64,000 nt of DNA from Candidatus Dormiibacterota bacterium (lineage in GTDB: Bacteria > Chloroflexota > Dormibacteria > Aeolococcales > Aeolococcaceae), in NCBI GenBank assembly GCA_963709585.1, contig CAVPXI010000016.1:32001-96000 (forward strand), given 5' to 3'. The notes below the pieces were generated by a model. The model saw only the letters and a program-made list of their open reading frames with translations, did no database searches and had not been told where the DNA came from. The position numbers were made by a program, and so were the translations under genes. Shown piece by piece: positions 29,431 to 38,128 of the stretch. Position 1 is the stretch's first letter; each line of letters begins with the position of its first letter.

Positions 29431-30211
29431 TGACCGGCGACCGACGACGATTCAGTCCGTCGATCGAGCCGCCGCTATCCTCAAGGCCCTCGCCGGCGGT
29501 CCGGGGAGGTTGGGCGTCAGCGAGCTGGCTGCCAGGCTCGGCCTCGCGCGCCCGACCGTGCACGGTCTCCTGCAGACGCTGCTCGCCCAGGGGTTTGTCG
29601 AACAGGATCAGGTCTCGGAGAAATACCAGCTGGGGGCGGGTCTGCTCCAACTGGGGTACTCGTATCTGGACGTCAACGAGTTGCGGTCGCGCTCGATCAC
29701 CTACGCCGCGCAACTCGCGGTGCGAACCAAATCCGCGGTCCGCGTGGGTGTGATGCACGGCCCGTCCGCGGTGATCGTGCACCATGTATTTCGCCCCGAC
29801 GCGACGCTGCAGATCCTCGAAGTCGGTTCACAGCTCCCGCTGCACGCCAGCGCTCTCGGGAAGGCGCTGCTCGCATTCGCGCCCAGCGAGGTCATCGAGA
29901 CCATGCTGTCGGCGCCGCTGGAGCGCCTGACCAAGCGAACGCCGAACGCGGCCGCGTTGCGCATCCAGCTCACCACGATCCGCCTCCAGGCGATCGCGAC
30001 CGAGCGCGATGAGGCCGTGCTCGGTGAATCCAGCATTGCCGCGCCGATCTTCGATCGCGCGAGCAACGCCGTCGGCGCCATCGCCGTCGTGGGTGACACC
30101 GATCGGGTGTTTCCGCGCGGGCCGGCTCGCGAACTCTCGACAGCCGTGGTCGAGGCGGCGCGCGGTGTGTCACGGGAGCTCGGCGCCCCGCGCTGGCCGT
30201 TCGCGGGCTAG
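29423..30211 (+). CDS. IclR-family regulator (second GylR-like paralog)
   Basis: IQSVDRAAAIL, YLDVNELRSRS, VHHVFRPD, HASALGK. Confidence 0.9.
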   Translation: MPNDRRPTTIQSVDRAAAILKALAGGPGRLGVSELAARLGLARPTVHGLLQTLLAQGFVEQDQVSEKYQLGAGLLQLGYSYLDVNELRSRSITYAAQLAVRTKSAVRVGVMHGPSAVIVHHVFRPDATLQILEVGSQLPLHASALGKALLAFAPSEVIETMLSAPLERLTKRTPNAAALRIQLTTIRLQAIATERDEAVLGESSIAAPIFDRASNAVGAIAVVGDTDRVFPRGPARELSTAVVEAARGVSRELGAPRWPFAG

Positions 30212-30312
30212 GTCGGCGGGGATCCCGCCCGCTATGCTCTGATGGTCGATCGGAACGACCGAGGAGGTTTCGTGGCAGCGGTCAGAGTTGTCGAGTCCGA
30301 TGAGGAATCGCG

Positions 30313-31009
30313 TTGATAACCGTTGAGGGGAAAGAGGTCTTCACCGAGCTGAGCGAGCTCGTCGACCCTGCGCACACGGCGCTGCTCCTGGTCGATATGC
30401 AACGTGACTTCGTTGAGTCCGATGGCGTGTTCGGCGAACTGGGCGTCGACCTGTCGATGTATCACGATTCTCTGCCAAGGCTCGCGGGTCTGCTCAGAGA
30501 TGCCCGTCGCGCGTCCGCTCTGGTCGTCCATGTGCAGAACACGGCGCTGCCCGATCGCTTGAGCGACTCACCGGCGCAGATCCGCTTCAATCTCCGCATG
30601 CATGCCGGGAAGCGCCGTGACGGCGCCCCGCTGCGGTACTCGGTCGCCGGCACACGCGGTCACGACTTCGTCAAGGAGCTCGCGCCCCGTGGTGATGAGC
30701 TGGTGGTGCGCAAACATCGATCGAGCGCGTTCTGGGGGACCGACCTCGAGATGCTGCTGCGCAGCAATGGGATCAAGACTGTCGTGATCGGAGGGTGCAC
30801 CACCGAGGGATGCGTTGAGTTCGACGGCACGGGACGCGCTCTTCAACGACCTCTACGTCGTGATCGCCGTCGACTGCGTGGCGAGCGACGACCGGGAACA
30901 GCACGACGCGTCGTTGCTGCTCATGCGCCATCGCTTCGATATGGTGACCGCCGACGAGATCGCGGCGGTGTGGGCCACGGCCCGTCGCCGCGCCGGCGAC
31001 GAAGGCTGA
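30313..31009 (+). CDS. Isochorismatase-family cysteine hydrolase (frameshifted at ~30820)
   Basis: ALLLVDMQRDF, KHRSSAFWGT, GCTTEGCVE; removing one T of GAGTTCG gives CVESTARDA...DCVAS. Confidence 0.88.
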
Positions 31010-31051
31010 CGTCTCGACGGCTGTTGCGCCAACCCGCTGCTCGGGAGCTCC

Positions 31052-32305
31052 ATGGTTATCGCCGACGTCCTCTCAGTTCCGGTTCGCTCGGGGTTCTTCA
31101 GCGACGACCAGGCTGCGATTCGCGCTGGGGCGGTGCACGACGGATTCACCTACCGCGGCCGGCCGGCGACGGCCGGCTTTCGGAGCATCCGCCAGCCCGG
31201 CGAGGCCGTGTCCGTGTTGCTCCTCCTGGATGACGGTCAGATCGCCCATGGCGACTGTGCTGCCGTGCAGTATTCGGGTGTCGGCGGACGCGCCCCAGTC
31301 TTCCTGGCAGGTCCGGCCGTCGATGCGATCGAGCGTCACGTCGCACCCCTGCTGCGGGGCCGCGAGCTCACCACGTTTCGTGATGTTGCGCGCGAGATGG
31401 ATACACTCGCCGTCGATGGAGCACCGCTCCATGCTGCCATCAGATACGGCGTGACCCAGGCGCTCCTGGATGCCGTCGCGCGGAGGCGCGGAGTGACCAT
31501 GGCCGAGGTGGTGCGTGACGAGTATGCAACCGGTATCCCACTCCGCCCGGTTCCCATGTTCGCGCAATCGGGCGACGATCGCCGTGACAACGTCGACAAG
31601 ATGGTGCTCAAGGAAGCGGACGTGCTCCCGCACGGGCTCATCAATGAGATCGAGACGAAACTCGGCCGCGGCGGTGAGCTCCTGCTCGAGTACGTCGCCT
31701 GGGTTCGGGATCGCATCATCGAGCTGCGCACGAATCCCGGGTACTCCCCCCGCCTGTACTTCGACGTTTACGGAACCATCGGCGTTGTCTTCGGCGGCGA
31801 TGTCGGACGGGTGGCAGAGTATCTAACCCGTCTCGGTGACGTCGCCAAACCCTTCAGCGTCTGCGTTGAGCACGTCATCGACGCCGGAAGCCGTTCCGAG
31901 CAGATTCGCATTTCCGCGGCGCTGCGAACCGCGCTCCGAGGCAGCGGCAGCGACGTGCAGATCGCTGCGGACGAGTGGTGCAACACGCTCGAGGACATCG
32001 AGCTGTTCGTTTCGGCGCGAGCGGCCGACGTGATCCATGTGAAAACACCCGACCTGGGGGGCGTCAACAACGCAATCGAGGCATTGCTTCTCGTCGCCCG
32101 GAGTGGGCTGACCGCCTACTGCGGGGGGAGTTGCAATGAAACCGACCGATCCGCGCAGGTCTCGGCGCACATCGCGATGGCCTGCGGAGCTGCCCAGGTG
32201 CTGGCCAAGCCGGGAATGGGCGTTGACGAGGGAATGATGATCGTCGGCAACGAGATGGCTCGCGTGGCCGCGCTCGTTGCCGCTCGGGAGCGCGCGCTCT
32301 CATGA
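31052..32305 (+). CDS. mal: Methylaspartate ammonia-lyase family protein
   Basis: GFFSDDQAAIRAG, GDCAAVQYSG, FAQSGDDR, LPHGLIN, ADEWCNT, KTPDLGG, GGSCNETDRS, LAKPGMG. Confidence 0.92.
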   Translation: MVIADVLSVPVRSGFFSDDQAAIRAGAVHDGFTYRGRPATAGFRSIRQPGEAVSVLLLLDDGQIAHGDCAAVQYSGVGGRAPVFLAGPAVDAIERHVAPLLRGRELTTFRDVAREMDTLAVDGAPLHAAIRYGVTQALLDAVARRRGVTMAEVVRDEYATGIPLRPVPMFAQSGDDRRDNVDKMVLKEADVLPHGLINEIETKLGRGGELLLEYVAWVRDRIIELRTNPGYSPRLYFDVYGTIGVVFGGDVGRVAEYLTRLGDVAKPFSVCVEHVIDAGSRSEQIRISAALRTALRGSGSDVQIAADEWCNTLEDIELFVSARAADVIHVKTPDLGGVNNAIEALLLVARSGLTAYCGGSCNETDRSAQVSAHIAMACGAAQVLAKPGMGVDEGMMIVGNEMARVAALVAARERALS

Positions 32306-33519
32306 AGCCACTCGCCGATGTCCGCATCATCGCCATCGAGCAGTACGCAGCGGGACCTTTTGGAAGCGTGCAGCTTGCGGACCTCGGCGCCGATGTCATC
32401 AAGATCGAGGATCCGGCGACCGGTGGAGACATCGGGCGCTACGTCCCTCCATTGCAAGAGGGAGAGGACAGCCTCTTTTTCGAGACGTTCAACCGGAACA
32501 AGCGAAGCCTCGGTCTGGATCTCAAGACACAGGGCGGCCGCTCGGTGTTCGAAGACCTGGTGCGCGTCAGTGACGTCGTGTACTCGAACCTTCGCGGTGA
32601 CGTGCCCCACACCCTGCGGATCAACTACGACGACCTCAAGCACCTCAACCCGGTGATCGTGTGCTGCGCATTGACCGGATTCGGCATGACTGGACCGCGC
32701 AGGAACGAGCCCGGATATGACTACTTCCTGCAGGGGCTTGCCGGTTGGATGGACCTCACAGGAGAGCCGTCGGGTCCGCCCGCAAAGTCAGGGCTCTCGC
32801 TGGTCGATTACTCCACGGGGCTGGTTGCCGCAGTCGCGGTGCTGGCCGGTGTTCACGCGGCCCGCCGCGACGGGGTGGGAATGGACTGCGACGTCAGCCT
32901 TTTCGATACCGCGCTCGCCATGCTGACGTACCCGGCGATCTGGAATCTCAACGGCGACTTCACACCCGCGCGCACGCATCACTCGGCGCATCCATCGCTG
33001 GTTCCCTTCCAGGCCTTCCAGACGCGCGATGGGTGGATCGTGGTGGGATGTGCGAAGGAGAAGTTCTGGGTGCGTCTGGCCGTCGCCATCGATCGACCCG
33101 AGCTTGCGTCCGACGCCCGGTTCGCAACCTTCGCCGATCGCCTTCGCAACGCCGAGGAGTTGCTTCCGATGCTCGAAATCGTGTTCGCATCACGCACAGC
33201 AGGGGAGTGGCTCGACATCCTCGGTCGAGCCGGGGTCCCGTGCAGCCCCGTCAACACCGTGGCCGAAGCCTTGCGGGACGAGCAGACCACCGACCGGGGC
33301 ATGATCGTCGAAACCGAACATCCCCGCTTCGGTACGGTCCGTCAGCTGCGCAGTCCGGTTCGGGTGGGTGCTGTCCAACCCGAATACGTGCGCGCGCCAC
33401 GGCGTGATGAGCATCGGGACGAGGTGCTTCGCGAACTCCTGGGCTACGACGCAACCCGCATCGCCGAGCTCTCCGCCGGCGCAGCGTTTGGGCAGCCCGG
33501 GCCAAAAACGCCGGGGTGA
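32302..33519 (+). CDS. CaiB/BaiF family III CoA-transferase (mesaconate CoA-transferase-like)
   Basis: EQYAAGPFG, LADLGADVIKIE, NRNKRS, PGYD; ATGA overlap with mal. Confidence 0.88.
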   Translation: MKPLADVRIIAIEQYAAGPFGSVQLADLGADVIKIEDPATGGDIGRYVPPLQEGEDSLFFETFNRNKRSLGLDLKTQGGRSVFEDLVRVSDVVYSNLRGDVPHTLRINYDDLKHLNPVIVCCALTGFGMTGPRRNEPGYDYFLQGLAGWMDLTGEPSGPPAKSGLSLVDYSTGLVAAVAVLAGVHAARRDGVGMDCDVSLFDTALAMLTYPAIWNLNGDFTPARTHHSAHPSLVPFQAFQTRDGWIVVGCAKEKFWVRLAVAIDRPELASDARFATFADRLRNAEELLPMLEIVFASRTAGEWLDILGRAGVPCSPVNTVAEALRDEQTTDRGMIVETEHPRFGTVRQLRSPVRVGAVQPEYVRAPRRDEHRDEVLRELLGYDATRIAELSAGAAFGQPGPKTPG

Positions 33520-33541
33520 TTCGGCTGTAGGATCTGTCGCC

Positions 33542-36373
33542 GTGACCAGCGAAAGTAGCCGGATGGATGGAACGTTCGTCGGCAGACGCAACGAGCTGGC
33601 CAGCCTGCTGGCGCAGGCCGCGCAGGCGCGCGACGGCCATCCACGCGTCGTCCTGGTCACCGGCGAGCCGGGGATCGGGAAGACGGCGCTGGCGCATCGT
33701 TTTGTAAGCCAGGCGCACGGGTTCCAGCTCTTGGAGGCGAGTGGAGAGGAGGCCGAGCAGTTGCTCGCCTTCGGGGTGATCGAACAGCTTGTGCGGGCGG
33801 CCCATTCCTCGGGTGGTCCCGCGCTCGCGGACCTGAGCGACCGAGACGGCGAGGCACGAGACCCCATCTGGGTGGGAGCTGGCCTCCTTGAGCTTCTCGG
33901 CACCATGCAGGCGTCCGGCCCGGTCCTTCTGCTCATCGACGACGCCCAGTGGGCGGATCGCCCTTCGTTGCAGGCGCTCGTGTTCGCCCTCCGGCGATTG
34001 CAGGCCGACCGCGTGCTCACTCTCATGGTGTCGCGGAGTGGGTCTCCGAGGGGGCACCTTGCCGGCGTTCACCGCCTCGTCGAGCACGGCCACGGTGCGT
34101 GGGTGCGCGTCCGCGGCCTGGAGGCGTCCTCGATCCGCGACCTCGGGGTCTCCATGGGGGTCGATCACCTCTCGTCGCGGGCCGCCGACCGGATTCGAGC
34201 TCATACCGGCGGCAGTCCGCTGCACGCGACGGCGATCTTCGACGAGATCATCCCCGCGATCCTTCGGGAGCCATCCGACCTGCCGCTGCCTTCGACCGCC
34301 GACTTCGGCGCGCTGGTCCGCTCGCGGCTCGACGGGTGTACTGCCGAAGCCCGGCGGCTGGTGGGTGCGGCGTCGGTGCTCGGGCTCTCCTGCCGGCTCG
34401 CGATCGCGGGCCGGCTCGCCGAGCTCGATGAGCTGCTCGTCCCGCTCGAGCGGGCGATGTCGGCACATCTTCTTGAAGAGCGCGGCTCGCCCATTGATCG
34501 GCTGATCGCCTTCCCCCATCCGCTCGTACAGGCGGCGGCATATCACGCCCTGGGGCCGGCGCATCGCTCCGAACTCCACGAGCGCGCGGCCATCCTCGTC
34601 ACCGACGAGGCGACTGCTCTTCGGCATCGGGTTGCGGGCGCTCGCGGAGCGGATCCCCAACTCGCTGCAGATCTCATCATCTTCGGAATCGACGTCGCGC
34701 GTCGCGGCTCGTGGGATGCGGCTGCCGACGCGCTGCTGTCGGCGAGCCGTCTCACCCCCGACGGGCCCGAGCGCGACCAGCGGGCGCTGATGGCGGCGGA
34801 GTACATGCTGCTCGGCGGCGCAGTCGATGATGTGCTCGCGCTTGTCGGTGAGATCGAGGGTCAAGCTCCAACCGCGCGCCGCGGATTCGTGCTCGGCAGC
34901 CTGGCGATGACCAGTGGTCGATACGACAAAGCCCAGGACCTGCTCGCCGGCGCCTATGACGGTTGCGACCCGGTGCGTGACCACCCGCTGGCCGAGGAGA
35001 TCGCGGCCCAGCTCGCCCGGGTGCACATGGGACGCGGCCACGGCGCCGATGCAGCGCTCTGGGCGACGAGGTCGCTCGACGCCCGCCTGGCGCCGTCACC
35101 GGTCGCCGATTCGCTGTCGGTGCTCGCGATCGGTCTGCTCTTCGCCGGCCGCGCGCCCGAGGCGGCAGCGGCGGTGGCCGAACTACCCGAGGCGAGGCTT
35201 CTCGGCGACGACGCGTCGCTCGACGGATTTATCGGTCGCGGCTACGTACGCTGCGTCACCGACGACCCCGCTGCGGCTCTACAGGACCTCGCGCCGGTGG
35301 CCGAGCGGCTACGTCGCCGTGGACCGGCGCACCAGACGATCGAGGCTCTCAGCATGCTCGCGACCGCCGAGTATCGAATCGGCGACTGGGACGACGCCTC
35401 GGTGCACGGGCAGCTGGCGGCATCGCTCGCCGAGGATGCCGACCAGACGTGGTTGCTGGCCGGGGCTCACGCGGCCGCATGCGCGCCCCTGGCAGGGCGC
35501 GGCCACTGGGAGGCGGCGACGGCCCACGCGGATGCGGCACGGCGCGCCGCCGAGCTCGTGGGCGCCGAGTTCGGGATCGCCCAGGCGGCGATGGCGGCTG
35601 CGTGCATCGCCCGGGCTCGAGGTGACCACGAGTCGGTGATCCACTCGCTCGAGCCGCTGCTCCCACTCGCCGATCTTGGCGGGATCGGTGAGCCCGGCGT
35701 TCTCGACTGGCCCATCCTCTACGCCGAGGCACTGGTGGGCCTGAGCCGGCTTCGTGACGCCGAAACCGTGGTGTCCCGTCTCTCACGGCTCGCCCGTGAG
35801 CGCAACCGCGCGCAGTCGATGGCGGGCGCTGACCGGCTTCGAGCGATGCTCGACGCGGCACTGGGCAGAGCCGACGATGCCGAGGTCTCCTTCGTGGCCA
35901 GCCTGGCCATCCTCGACGACGTCCAGCTCCCGTTCGAGCGAGCACTCACGGAGCTCGAATACGGGCGGTTCCTCATGCGCGAGGGGTTCAACCGCGCGGC
36001 GGTGTGGCAGCTCGATGCCGCACGGGAACGCTTCAGCGACCTCGATGCCCGACCCTTCGTCACTGAATGCGTAGCCGCGCTGGTGCGGTGCGGGATGGCG
36101 CCCTCCACCGAGGGGGGGCACGCCCGCTGGCGCTTGACCCCGCAGGAGGTGTCGGTCGCCCGCCTCGTGGCCACCGGCAGGACCAACCGTCAGGTGGCTG
36201 ACGAGCTGGTGGTCAGCATCAAGACGGTCGAATATCACCTGGCCAACGTGTACGGGAAGCTGCGGATCCGCTCGCGGCAGGAGCTCGTGCCGATCTTCGG
36301 CCCGGTCGACATCGGCCGGCAGCCCCGGATGGCATCCGGCCTGGCCAAGGGTTCCTTCGCCCTAAAAGACTAG
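33542..36373 (+). CDS. LAL-type regulator (AAA ATPase plus C-terminal LuxR HTH)
   Basis: FVGRRNEL, GEPGIGKT Walker A, LLIDDAQWAD, LTPQE...GRTNRQVADELVVSIKTVEYHL. Confidence 0.92.
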   Translation: MTSESSRMDGTFVGRRNELASLLAQAAQARDGHPRVVLVTGEPGIGKTALAHRFVSQAHGFQLLEASGEEAEQLLAFGVIEQLVRAAHSSGGPALADLSDRDGEARDPIWVGAGLLELLGTMQASGPVLLLIDDAQWADRPSLQALVFALRRLQADRVLTLMVSRSGSPRGHLAGVHRLVEHGHGAWVRVRGLEASSIRDLGVSMGVDHLSSRAADRIRAHTGGSPLHATAIFDEIIPAILREPSDLPLPSTADFGALVRSRLDGCTAEARRLVGAASVLGLSCRLAIAGRLAELDELLVPLERAMSAHLLEERGSPIDRLIAFPHPLVQAAAYHALGPAHRSELHERAAILVTDEATALRHRVAGARGADPQLAADLIIFGIDVARRGSWDAAADALLSASRLTPDGPERDQRALMAAEYMLLGGAVDDVLALVGEIEGQAPTARRGFVLGSLAMTSGRYDKAQDLLAGAYDGCDPVRDHPLAEEIAAQLARVHMGRGHGADAALWATRSLDARLAPSPVADSLSVLAIGLLFAGRAPEAAAAVAELPEARLLGDDASLDGFIGRGYVRCVTDDPAAALQDLAPVAERLRRRGPAHQTIEALSMLATAEYRIGDWDDASVHGQLAASLAEDADQTWLLAGAHAAACAPLAGRGHWEAATAHADAARRAAELVGAEFGIAQAAMAAACIARARGDHESVIHSLEPLLPLADLGGIGEPGVLDWPILYAEALVGLSRLRDAETVVSRLSRLARERNRAQSMAGADRLRAMLDAALGRADDAEVSFVASLAILDDVQLPFERALTELEYGRFLMREGFNRAAVWQLDAARERFSDLDARPFVTECVAALVRCGMAPSTEGGHARWRLTPQEVSVARLVATGRTNRQVADELVVSIKTVEYHLANVYGKLRIRSRQELVPIFGPVDIGRQPRMASGLAKGSFALKD

Positions 36374-36386
36374 GGTCCAACCCTGG
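36370..36386. promoter_or_regulatory. Candidate LuxR-type box upstream of the padR-hydrogenase region
   Basis: CTAGGG-TCCAA-CCCTGG imperfect palindrome overlapping the LAL stop codon. Confidence 0.4.
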
Positions 36387-36444
36387 GGTAAATCGGGTGC
36401 ACGCCTCGTAGAGTTAAGCGAACTGGCCAGTTAGAGGTAAGCAT

Positions 36445-36927
36445 GTGAGCGGGGACATCAAGCCCGATCGGCCGGCTGCGTTGACCGTCGGCTTGCTGCG
36501 GCCCTGCATCCTCGCCCACCTCGTCGGTGGCCAGACCGTATACGGGTACGAGCTGCATCACTGGCTGCTGGGCATCGGCGTGGAATGCGACCTGGGGACG
36601 GTGTACCGATCGCTCAACACGATGGAAGCGGAAGGGCTGCTGCACTCGTCCTGGGAGCGAACCGCGGGCGGGCGCAGCCGCAGGCGCTACGAATTGAGCG
36701 AGCCCGGTCTCGACATGGTCGACGCATACGTGGCCCCGGTAGAACAGCTGAAAGCGGTTGCTCAGGAGTTCCTCGAGATGCGCAGGGGTGGTGCCGGCTC
36801 ACCCGGCAGCGGCGAGTCTCATGACGGCGATTCCATGGAGCCGGCGCAGCCACGTGTTCGCCGGCCACATGCCTTGACCCCGACGAACCGCATCGCCCCG
36901 TTGTCAATGTCCGCGCCACGCGGATAA
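36445..36927 (+). CDS. PadR-family transcriptional regulator
   Basis: LRPCILAHL...YGYEL...GTVYRSLNTMEAEGLLHSSWE...RRRYELS. Confidence 0.85.
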   Translation: MSGDIKPDRPAALTVGLLRPCILAHLVGGQTVYGYELHHWLLGIGVECDLGTVYRSLNTMEAEGLLHSSWERTAGGRSRRRYELSEPGLDMVDAYVAPVEQLKAVAQEFLEMRRGGAGSPGSGESHDGDSMEPAQPRVRRPHALTPTNRIAPLSMSAPRG

Positions 36928-37050
36928 GTGCGCAACACACGGATTGACGCAGCCAGGACAGGTGGCCACAGTCCCATATCGAGGCGGACCTGGCGGGGTT
37001 TGATCCGTCGGTAGGTGCCGCTGCCAATCGCTCACATAGGAGGAGGTTGG

Positions 37051-38115
37051 ATGGCCACGGATACCGTGCCGTATGGGCGCAAGACCCAGCGGGAGTCACC
37101 CGTCTCCGATCTCCACATCGTCTGGGTCACCGCCGGCCTCGGTTGCGACGGCGATTCGGTGTCGATCACGGCCGCAACGCAGCCCAGCATCGAGGATGTG
37201 CTGCTCGGCGCGATCCCGGGACTTCCCAAAGTCCACCTCTACAACCCCGTCCTCGCCTACGAGAATGGTGAAGAGTTCATCAAGTCCTGGCACGCGGCTG
37301 CAAACGGACAGCTCGACCCGTTCGTGCTCGTCATCGAGGGCTCGATTCCCAACGAGACGATCAAGAAGGAAGGCTACTGGGCCGCAGTGGGAACAGACGC
37401 CGCGACCGGACAGCCCATCACCACATGTGAGTGGATTGATCGTCTCGCTCCGAAGGCACTGGCAGTGGTTGCATGCGGCACGTGCGCGACCTACGGCGGC
37501 ATCCATGCGATGCAGGGCAACCCGACCGGCGCCATGGGCCTTGCCGACTACCTCGGCTGGGACTGGAAGTCCAAAGCGGGCTTGCCCATCGTCAACGTCC
37601 CCGGGTGTCCGGTGCAACCGGACAACTTCATGGAGACGGTGCTGTACCTCCTCTATATGGTTGCGGGGCTCGCGCCGATCATCCCGCTCGACGATCAGCT
37701 CCGCCCGACGTGGCTGTTCGGCGACACGGTCCACGACGGCTGCGACCGCGCAGCCTCATACGAGCAGGGCGATTTCGCCGCCGATTACAACTCGCCGCGC
37801 TGCCTGGTGAAGCTTGGATGCTGGGGACCGGTCGTCAACTGCAACGTGCCCAAACGTGGATGGATGGCCGGTATCGGTGGCTGTCCGAACGTCGGCGGCA
37901 TCTGCATCGGCTGCACCATGCCGGGATTCCCCGACAAGTTCATGCCCTTCATGGATGAGCCGCCTGGGGCGCATCTGTCGACAGGTGTGATCGGCGTCTA
38001 CGGCACCGCCATCCGCGCGCTGCGGAAGGTCACCAACACGACTGTCAACAAGGAGCCCAGATGGCGTCACACGCGGCCCGAGCTCACCACCGGCTACAGG
38101 CCGACCACGTACTGA
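37051..38115 (+). CDS. hhyS: Group 1h [NiFe]-hydrogenase small subunit
   Basis: AGLGCDGDS, CGTCATYGGIH, PGCP, HDGCDRA, CLVKLGCWGP, GGCPNVGGICIGC; AGGAGG RBS; no Tat signal. Confidence 0.95.
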   Translation: MATDTVPYGRKTQRESPVSDLHIVWVTAGLGCDGDSVSITAATQPSIEDVLLGAIPGLPKVHLYNPVLAYENGEEFIKSWHAAANGQLDPFVLVIEGSIPNETIKKEGYWAAVGTDAATGQPITTCEWIDRLAPKALAVVACGTCATYGGIHAMQGNPTGAMGLADYLGWDWKSKAGLPIVNVPGCPVQPDNFMETVLYLLYMVAGLAPIIPLDDQLRPTWLFGDTVHDGCDRAASYEQGDFAADYNSPRCLVKLGCWGPVVNCNVPKRGWMAGIGGCPNVGGICIGCTMPGFPDKFMPFMDEPPGAHLSTGVIGVYGTAIRALRKVTNTTVNKEPRWRHTRPELTTGYRPTTY

Positions 38116-38128
38116 GGAGAACTGAGCC

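Noticed and set aside
30215-30229. GGCGGG-GAT-CCCGCC hairpin after the second IclR gene
   Set aside because: Short stem with no U-tract; may be a weak terminator but cannot be supported
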